DNA from: Lachnospiraceae bacterium | GTDB lineage: Bacteria > Bacillota > Clostridia > Lachnospirales > Lachnospiraceae | Assembly (NCBI GenBank): GCA_016283755.1 | Contig: JAEENO010000049.1 | Span: 3,342-67,341 of the forward strand | DNA length: 64,000 nt | Direction: 5' to 3' | Shown here: piece after piece, positions 48,441 to 54,612 of the stretch | Layout: the number at the start of each line of letters is the position of its first letter | Position numbering within the stretch: position 1 is the stretch's first letter | Made by a program: the position numbers and the translations under genes | The notes under the pieces: generated by a model | The model's input: the letters and a program-made list of their open reading frames with translations, nothing else | The model's database searches: none | Told to the model about the DNA's origin: nothing

Positions 48441-48719
48441 CTAATATTCATTAATCTTCTCTGCTTTCTCTTTTTCTTCAATAGCGGAAACTCTGTCCGT
48501 TAATGTCGGATGTGAATACTGAAGTTTTACGATTATCGGATCCGGGCTAAGGTTTGAGTAATTACCCCTTGCCAATACTTTAAGTGCACTGATAAGTGCA
48601 GGACCATAACCTTCTTTCACCGCCTGTGCATCTGCTCTATACTCCGCTACTCTTGATCTGTATGACATAAACATTCCAAGTAACGGTGCTATAATCGCAA
48701 ACTCAACACTTAATATCAA
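48441..48719 (-). pseudogene. C-terminal remnant of an M48 (Ste24/HtpX-like) zinc metallopeptidase
   Basis: Only the last ~90 aa are present (SRVAEYRADAQAV...YSHPTLTDRV). The HExxH region is absent, there is no ATG start (TTG only), and the fragment abuts the GNAT gene stop. Confidence 0.6.
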
Positions 48720-49246
48720 AATAATCGCAAATCCGTAGTTAATTCCCGTAAATCCAACTGCATCATATCGAAATCAATATATTCACCATTTAACTTAAAA
48801 AAGGCGGGCAAAGTACCGGTTTTCTTAAATCCGTACTTCTCATACAAATGGATTGCATTCTTGTTATCACTTCTCGTCTCGAGATTTAAAATCTCAATAT
48901 CGTGTTCCTTGGCAAATTCAACGCACTTTTCTATAAGAGCGCTGCCGATACCCATATTCCAATAATCTTTTCTGACGGTAATACCGAATTCCGCGCGATG
49001 TGCCATTCTTCTTGTCTTACCCGTAATGCCTGCATCTCCGATTACTTCACCGTCTTTATAAGCTATAAATATAACTGACTTCGGATTATCAATAAGATTT
49101 TCCAAAAATACACGCTCATCTTCAATGCTTACAGGAAATTCTCCCGCGCCAAACGTAAGATTATCCGATTCTCCGCCAACTATATTAAGATATTCAATAA
49201 GTCTCTTTGCATCGTTAGGAGTTGCTTTTCTAATTACATATTCCAT
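48716..49246 (-). CDS. GNAT-family N-acetyltransferase
   Basis: 176-aa ORF with the acetyl-CoA binding motif WNMGIGSALIEK and typical GNAT length. Confidence 0.85.
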   Translation of the reverse strand: MEYVIRKATPNDAKRLIEYLNIVGGESDNLTFGAGEFPVSIEDERVFLENLIDNPKSVIFIAYKDGEVIGDAGITGKTRRMAHRAEFGITVRKDYWNMGIGSALIEKCVEFAKEHDIEILNLETRSDNKNAIHLYEKYGFKKTGTLPAFFKLNGEYIDFDMMQLDLRELTTDLRLF

Positions 49247-49251
49247 ATAAT

Positions 49252-50337
49252 TTATACCTTCTTATATATTCCGACAAATATCGGCAACTTGGTCTCGGTA
49301 TCCATAATGGCATAGATGAACGGTCTATCAAGTATTACAATTCTTTGTTTCATCATCGGTGCGCATCCACACATCACCATTCCCATGGTAACGGCTGCAG
49401 CCCTTGTACCGTGCCTATCTACTTCTATATGTGCTTTATGGATAATGGAATCGAGCCTTAGCCATTCGGTCGACATCGGTGAAAAATCCGCTGCCGGTGT
49501 AAATACCTTACTTATTCCGAGTTCTTTGCAAATATCGGTCAAATCGGTACCAAAATCATACTTATATTCCGGCATTGTAACCGTAACCTTCTCATCTTCA
49601 GCATTCTTAAAAAGCTCTGAGAAGTCGATTCTTTCTATTATCTCATCCATATTCTTACCTTCATCCGGGAGAATAGCCATAAAAGCATACTTTTCGTCTT
49701 TGTACGGCTTAATAAATCCGGTAAAATCCTTATCTTCTATCCATCCGTACTCGGAACTGTGAAGCATATCAACATTTACCATACTTCCGTCCTCGTTATG
49801 GAATTCTTCCTCGTATATATCTTTTTCTTCGTAAAGATCTTCCCACTCGGCCTCAAATGCAACCGCATTCATAAGACATGCAACAACATCATCCAATGAA
49901 TCACCTACGGCATTCTTAATCATTCCGCGGGTCTTTTCTTCAACCCACTCATTAACGTCTCTTGCCATATCCACTGTAGCAAAAACTTTGCCGTCATAGA
50001 CCTTGGCAAGTCTTTCTTTGTAATCCGTCAAAACCGAGTCCTTGAATTCTTCCTTAACACATACCGCATTAGAAGACATAAGAGAGTCTGACCTATTAGA
50101 GTCTTCATGTATCTTACTTAAGATATCCCTTATATCTTCAAAAGATATCTTATCTCCGAGAACTTTTATAACTTCTTCCCTTGTATCACTTCCGACTGAT
50201 TCTGCCAGGATTCCAAGTAGCATGATTACAGACATAGGGGAAATAATAATGTTCTTTCCTTTATTGCCTGAATTAAGCCTATTTAAAAGTTCCCTCGTTA
50301 TTCTTCCATATTCTTTTTCATAATCCTTGATTTCCAT
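49252..50337 (-). CDS. serpin-family protein (inhibitory-type hinge), no signal peptide
   Basis: 361-aa ORF. It has a serpin N-terminus (NIIISPMSVIMLLGILA), the reactive-centre-loop hinge GTRAAAVT, and the C-terminal DRPFIYAI...PIFVG motif. Confidence 0.85.
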   Translation of the reverse strand: MEIKDYEKEYGRITRELLNRLNSGNKGKNIIISPMSVIMLLGILAESVGSDTREEVIKVLGDKISFEDIRDILSKIHEDSNRSDSLMSSNAVCVKEEFKDSVLTDYKERLAKVYDGKVFATVDMARDVNEWVEEKTRGMIKNAVGDSLDDVVACLMNAVAFEAEWEDLYEEKDIYEEEFHNEDGSMVNVDMLHSSEYGWIEDKDFTGFIKPYKDEKYAFMAILPDEGKNMDEIIERIDFSELFKNAEDEKVTVTMPEYKYDFGTDLTDICKELGISKVFTPAADFSPMSTEWLRLDSIIHKAHIEVDRHGTRAAAVTMGMVMCGCAPMMKQRIVILDRPFIYAIMDTETKLPIFVGIYKKV

Positions 50338-50360
50338 AACTTTTCCACCTTACATCAGTC

Positions 50361-51029
50361 TTATATAATCTTATGCTCTTCATCCATCACTACGATTCTC
50401 GCATCGATTCCATTAATAAGAAGCTCATCATGTGTCGATACGATTATCGTTTTTCCACTGCCATGCAGCATTTTCAATAATTCAATTATACTATCTTTTG
50501 ACGCTCTATCAAGTCCTGAAAGCGGCTCGTCTAAGATAAGGACATCGGGATCAACCGCAAGTATTGATGCTATTGCGACCTTCTTCTTCTCACCACCGCT
50601 TAAATGATAGGGCACTCTTTCCTTAAGTTGCGTTATATTAAGCAATGTAAGACAGTCTGTTACACGCTTTTTTACCTCTTCGTCACATAACCCCATCTGC
50701 ATCGGACCAAATGCCACTTCATCAAATACATTGCCACAGAATAACTGCACTTCCGAATTCTGGAATATATATCCAACCTTCTTATGAAAAAGCTTTGCAG
50801 CCTTTTTATCATTCAGGTATCTATTGTTAATCGCAATTCCTTCAAAGTTGTACTCGCCATACTCCGGATAGATTAATCCCGTCATTATATTAAGTAAAGT
50901 CGATTTTCCACATCCGTTAGGTCCCGTTATCATAACGATCTCGCCCTTCTCAACACTTAGCGAGGCGTGCCTTAAGGCAATTATATCTCCATACGAAAAA
51001 CAAATGTCCTTTAATTCTATATAGCTCAT
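50361..51029 (-). CDS. cbiO: ECF/ABC transporter ATPase (CbiO type)
   Basis: 222-aa ORF with Walker A GPNGCGKST, signature LSGGEKKKV and Walker B LILDEP. It has an ATGA overlap with cbiQ. Confidence 0.88.
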   Translation of the reverse strand: MSYIELKDICFSYGDIIALRHASLSVEKGEIVMITGPNGCGKSTLLNIMTGLIYPEYGEYNFEGIAINNRYLNDKKAAKLFHKKVGYIFQNSEVQLFCGNVFDEVAFGPMQMGLCDEEVKKRVTDCLTLLNITQLKERVPYHLSGGEKKKVAIASILAVDPDVLILDEPLSGLDRASKDSIIELLKMLHGSGKTIIVSTHDELLINGIDARIVVMDEEHKII

Positions 51030-51823
51030 ACTAACCTCTCAAAATAAATAAATAACGCGATAACCGCAATTAAAACCGATAAATATACCGCATCCGTCAA
51101 TGTAAAGCGCTTTTTTCTTAACCGCCTGTACTCGCCGGTAAAACCTCTAAGCATCATTGCATTATATGTAACATCACTTGATTCCTTCGTCTTAATAAAT
51201 AGCGTACCGAGTATTCCTTCAAGCGCTTCGCTTTTATTCCTGTTATGCCCTATCTGCCGCATATTCAATGCGCTCAACATATTATATGCAATATCTCCAA
51301 GCCAGATTATATTCTTAAGCGTTATTTCCAGTATAAATATGAAAATATCAGGCACAAAAAAAGTCTTTAACGCATCCGTTATATAATTCCAGGGGATGGT
51401 AACTGCAAAGACATTAACCATGGAAGCTGAGATAAATACCTTAAGGCTTATAAATATCATACTCTTCGGTGAACCCATGAATGCCGAAGGTATAAGCATA
51501 AGTACCGAGAAAAGTGCGGCAGATATACCGGGTGCAAGGACTTGTACCGCGACCTTACCCGGTACAAAGATCAGACGAACAAGTAAAACTGCGAGCATTA
51601 TATATACGAAAAACATATTCTTTGAAAGTGATATTAAAAGAATAAAAACAAACATAACAAAAAGACGCACAGCAGCGTTACCTCTAAAGGTCACGCCGCC
51701 ATGCATTCTTAATCGTGATAACATAGACAATAGCTTTATAATACTCTTTTTTACATAACTATCGCTATCTTTTTCCGGTATATAGTTATCGGATTGAAGC
51801 ATCCACTCCGGAAGTCTGCTCAT
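51026..51823 (-). CDS. cbiQ: ECF transporter transmembrane (T) component, CbiQ type
   Basis: Polytopic ORF of about 265 aa. Start placed at MSRLPEW (ATG 51823), 5 nt after AGAGGA and 1 nt after the cbiM stop. Confidence 0.8.
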   Translation of the reverse strand: MSRLPEWMLQSDNYIPEKDSDSYVKKSIIKLLSMLSRLRMHGGVTFRGNAAVRLFVMFVFILLISLSKNMFFVYIMLAVLLVRLIFVPGKVAVQVLAPGISAALFSVLMLIPSAFMGSPKSMIFISLKVFISASMVNVFAVTIPWNYITDALKTFFVPDIFIFILEITLKNIIWLGDIAYNMLSALNMRQIGHNRNKSEALEGILGTLFIKTKESSDVTYNAMMLRGFTGEYRRLRKKRFTLTDAVYLSVLIAVIALFIYFERLV

Positions 51824-51824
51824 A

Positions 51825-52808
51825 TTAATCCTCTGCGTACTTTTTCTTATCATGCATAAATGCTGCGATTACCCTGAATAAAATTATCACTATCGCTACA
51901 CCTATTATAGCAGAAAGAATATAAGCTGCAACATCCGGCAAATTGCCAATCGCATAATCAGGCATAATTGTTGACATTTCAAAGCCTGTTTCCATTCCCG
52001 CAGGCGTATATCCTATCATCTCAAGGAATTCTTCAACTCCCCACTCACCCCATGCAGTACCTTCTGCAAGAAGTCCGATCGGAGTAAGTATCATCAAAAC
52101 TGCAAGCACGATAAATGCCGGTTTTGTGATCTTTTCTGTCTTATCAACCTTATAATCAGGCGCATTCTTAAGTACAAATGCATAGATAACTGTTGTAAAC
52201 AAAACCTCGGCAAGACCGAATATAGTAAGATGTCCTATCATCATTGCAGGGATTGCGGTTGTCAGTCCGTAAGGACAATAAAGCGGCTGACCTGCTGCAT
52301 CATTAAACAAAAGCGGCTGGATACCGAATTCAATTGCTGCTGCGAGTGCAGCTGCATTGATTCCAACATAACTTCCGACAGCTGCGCCAATAAGCTCGCC
52401 CTTCTTACCTTCTACCCTATTGGCGATAAGCTTGTAAATCGCGAAACCTACAAATGGTAAAATGAATGCCATATTAAAGCAGTTAGCGCCAAGAGCCAGG
52501 ATTCCTCCATCACCGAACAAAAGCGCTTGTATCAGTAATACAATAGACATCGCAAGGCAGGCAGCCTCCGGTCCAAGTAAAAGTGCGATCAATGTTCCGC
52601 CCACAGCATGCCCGGTCGTACCTCCCGGAAGCGGAATATTAAACATCATACCTACAAAGGAAAATGCTGCACCAAGACCTATTAAAGGCATCTTCTCCTT
52701 TGGTATATTTAATGCTACTTTCTTAATTGATTTTGCCCATACGGGTACCATTGCAGCCCCCATAACTGCGCATGTTGCCGGGGATAAATAATTCTCAGGA
52801 ATATGCAT
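51825..52808 (-). CDS. cbiM: Ni/Co ECF substrate-capture component, CbiM/NikM fused to a CbiN/PDGLE-like C-terminal segment
   Basis: Start placed at MHIPENYLSP (ATG 52808), 6 nt after GGAGGT. The Met-His N-terminus is the metal-binding end in CbiM/NikM proteins. The C-terminal LAEGTAWGEWG segment plus a final TM helix resembles the N component. Confidence 0.85.
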   Translation of the reverse strand: MHIPENYLSPATCAVMGAAMVPVWAKSIKKVALNIPKEKMPLIGLGAAFSFVGMMFNIPLPGGTTGHAVGGTLIALLLGPEAACLAMSIVLLIQALLFGDGGILALGANCFNMAFILPFVGFAIYKLIANRVEGKKGELIGAAVGSYVGINAAALAAAIEFGIQPLLFNDAAGQPLYCPYGLTTAIPAMMIGHLTIFGLAEVLFTTVIYAFVLKNAPDYKVDKTEKITKPAFIVLAVLMILTPIGLLAEGTAWGEWGVEEFLEMIGYTPAGMETGFEMSTIMPDYAIGNLPDVAAYILSAIIGVAIVIILFRVIAAFMHDKKKYAED

Positions 52809-52820
52809 GTTATAACCTCC

Positions 52821-52866
52821 AAGTAATAAAATAAGGGTACAGACTTTCATCAGAAAGTCTGCACCC
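52821..52866 (-). terminator. strong intrinsic terminator inside the cbiM leader (candidate attenuator/riboswitch expression platform)
   Basis: Minus-sense GGGTGCAGACTTTC-tgat-GAAAGTCTGTACCC (14 bp, one G-U pair), followed by TTATTTTATTA. It ends 5 nt before the cbiM RBS. In the plus sense the same position is an A-C mismatch. Confidence 0.65.
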
Positions 52867-52953
52867 CTTCATAAAGTGCAATAATCCAAAATAAAACCAA
52901 AAATATCAAACGCTATTCTTAGCGCAATGCCGAATTTCATACCCGACATAGCA

Positions 52954-52982
52954 ATTATATCGAATATGACCGTATGCGTCAA
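52954..52982 (-). promoter_or_regulatory. sigma-A consensus promoter upstream of the cbiM leader
   Basis: On the minus strand: TTGACG (52977-52982), a 17-nt spacer, then TATAAT (52954-52959). Confidence 0.65.
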
Positions 52983-52991
52983 GGCTTAAAC

Positions 52992-53405
52992 TTAATCATT
53001 CATTGCCTCAGTAAGCTTATCTACTGCTTCTTCGATGAGCTTTTTAAGATTGGTTCCTGAAACGCCGATAACACAGTTATTACAGCTATTCACCGGAATA
53101 AAAAATTTCTTTGCATGGCTGCTTCCGACAGCAACTGCCATTTTCTCTGTTATCTCTCCATACATCGAATTTGCAATTGCTATTCCTATCGGACCGATTA
53201 TATAATCCGCATCCGTGCTGCAATACACTGCAGAATTCTCACCTGTTGCAGCATGATCCGCGCCGCTTTTAAGCATCGCTTCCATCGCAATCGAATTGGT
53301 ACCGACCCCGATAATCTCAACTTCTATCTCGCGCTTTTTTACCTCTGCAATTACCTTACTTCCGATTCCACCGCCCTGTGCGTCTATTACCAGTAATTTT
53401 TTCAT
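52992..53405 (-). CDS. DUF3842-like small protein
   Basis: 137-aa ORF. The N-terminus MKKLLVIDAQGGGIGSKVI matches my recollection of DUF3842. It has an ATGA overlap with the upstream gene. Confidence 0.55.
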   Translation of the reverse strand: MKKLLVIDAQGGGIGSKVIAEVKKREIEVEIIGVGTNSIAMEAMLKSGADHAATGENSAVYCSTDADYIIGPIGIAIANSMYGEITEKMAVAVGSSHAKKFFIPVNSCNNCVIGVSGTNLKKLIEEAVDKLTEAMND

Positions 53406-54121
53406 TTAACCCCCACCTGTCTATCCTTCTTAACTCTAAGTCTCCGGAGCATCTCCTTTTGTTCGGGAGAAATTCTGTAACTTTCGATTGCTTTCTGTAT
53501 CGTCTTATTATGAGTCCACGGGTCAAGCTTACATCCTTCAATAAAAGGAAATACTGCATCGTACTGTTTTGCAAGTGCCGTCGCGAAATACCAGGCAATC
53601 ATCATATTAATATAATACTCATCCGACTTGACTTTCGCAACCATCTCCGGATACTGACCATCAAAATCTTCATCAAGAAAATGCTCCATAAGCATCCCGA
53701 TTGCGAATCGAACCGTGTATGTCTTATCCGAATTGATCCATTTTTCTATATGTGATAAAAGTTCTATTTTATGCTTCTTGAATACCTTAGGTGACATCTG
53801 ATCACAGGTTGCCCAGTTATCTACGTACGGAAGAAATGCATCAACCGCAGTTACACAAGCGGTATAATCTTTCATTTCCGAAAGAATAAACGCATGAAGC
53901 TGATTCTCATCGAAGTATGAATGCGGAAGGCTATTAATAAATGTCTTAAGGTCATCGGATTTAGATACGTCTTTAACGAGAGCCTTGGCGTATTTTCTAA
54001 GTTCAGGGGTACGTATACCGATAAAATAATCCTTACTGACATTAGGAATGAGCTTGGATTGGAAGTCACGGTATTCTATGTCCTGTAATTTAAATAACTC
54101 GTCTCTTATCTGCTCTTTCAT
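53402..54121 (-). CDS. DNA alkylation repair protein (AlkD-like HEAT-repeat glycosylase family)
   Basis: About 239 aa with N-terminus MKEQIRDELFKLQDIEYRDFQSKLIPN...GIRTPELRKYAK, typical of the family. An alternative GTG start exists at 54139. Confidence 0.75.
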   Translation of the reverse strand: MKEQIRDELFKLQDIEYRDFQSKLIPNVSKDYFIGIRTPELRKYAKALVKDVSKSDDLKTFINSLPHSYFDENQLHAFILSEMKDYTACVTAVDAFLPYVDNWATCDQMSPKVFKKHKIELLSHIEKWINSDKTYTVRFAIGMLMEHFLDEDFDGQYPEMVAKVKSDEYYINMMIAWYFATALAKQYDAVFPFIEGCKLDPWTHNKTIQKAIESYRISPEQKEMLRRLRVKKDRQVGVK

Positions 54122-54239
54122 ATTTCTATTCTCTCTCACTTCCTACGTACTATATTATACATTTTTAATACTAATACGTATAGCAAAATCTAAATGACTA
54201 CGGTATAGAATAAAAAAGCACAAAATGACCCGTAGTTAG

Positions 54240-54411
54240 CGGGTGAGCGGGGGATTTGATTCTCCGCTTCGCTCCGGTCGGCGCAAAGCCGCTCAAGCGT
54301 GCGAGAGGGGGATTTGATTCTCCGCTTCGCTCCGGTCGGCGCAAAGCCGAGGTCCCCCGGACCTCGTGCGCCCCTCGCACCGCTGCGCGGTGCGAAATCA
54401 AATCCACCTCG
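54240..54411. repeat. GC-rich composite repeat element carrying tRNA-Met 3'-end-like segments
   Basis: There are two perfect 43-nt direct repeats (54249-54291, 54307-54349), an inverted partial copy (54396-54405), and two perfect GC hairpins (54349-54365, 54375-54395). AGTTAG hexamers flank the element at 54234-54239 and 54412-54417. Positions 54301-54317 are identical to tRNA-Met 54463-54479. Confidence 0.8.
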
Positions 54412-54413
54412 AG

Positions 54414-54458
54414 TTAGTAAAAAATAAGGAGCGGACTAAAGTCCACTCCTTATTTTTT
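54414..54458 (-). terminator. intrinsic terminator after tRNA-Met
   Basis: Minus-sense AATAAGGAGTGGAC-ttta-GTCCGCTCCTTATT (one G-U pair), followed by TTTTTAC. It is flanked by A and T runs on both sides. Confidence 0.75.
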
Positions 54459-54460
54459 AG

Positions 54461-54534
54461 TAGCGAGAGGGGGATTTGAACCCTCGACACCGCGGGTATG
54501 AACCGCGTGCTCTAGCCAACTGAGCTATCTCGCC
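54461..54534 (-). tRNA. tRNA-Met (anticodon CAT, elongator-like anticodon loop TTCATAC)
   Basis: Minus strand GGCGAGATAGCTCAGTTGGCTAGAGCACGCGGTTCATACCCGCGGTGTCGAGGGTTCAAATCCCCCTCTCGCTA folds as a cloverleaf. It has a G1-U72 wobble and one A-C mismatch in the T stem. An Ile2 (lysidine) identity is not excluded. Confidence 0.8.
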
Positions 54535-54540
54535 AAAGTC

Positions 54541-54564
54541 AAGCGGGTCTTTCGCGACCCGCTT
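54541..54564 (-). terminator. GC hairpin between purL and tRNA-Met (possible purL terminator/processing structure)
   Basis: AAGCGGGTC-tttcgc-GACCCGCTT, a 9-bp stem. The following T-run is weak. Confidence 0.4.
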
Positions 54565-54612
54565 TGCTAGTATAACATTATATAACGTATTCCGTCAAGT
54601 AAAAAATACTAT

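Noticed and set aside
44482-50360. The whole 44.5-50.4 kb stretch as a mobile genomic island or prophage remnant
   Set aside because: There is no integrase, transposase or recombinase, no flanking direct repeats, and no tRNA at its borders. I treated it as a patch of accessory genes rather than a defined mobile element.
51824-52850. Longer ORF-track starts for cbiQ (51853) and cbiM (52850)
   Set aside because: The internal ATGs at 51823 and 52808 have good RBS spacing. CbiM/NikM proteins need the Met-His-Ile-Pro N-terminus, and the extensions would overlap the upstream gene or the terminator.
54249-54349. Two 43-nt direct repeats as a possible CRISPR array
   Set aside because: There are only two copies separated by 15 nt, which is far shorter than a spacer. 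There are no cas genes in the window, and the repeats share sequence with the adjacent tRNA.
54198-54407. 69-aa minus-strand ORF (…RRPERSGESNPP…)
   Set aside because: It lies entirely within the GC-rich repeat element. Its Arg/Pro/Gly-rich composition follows from the GC repeats, and the repeats would make it internally duplicated. It is better explained as non-coding.
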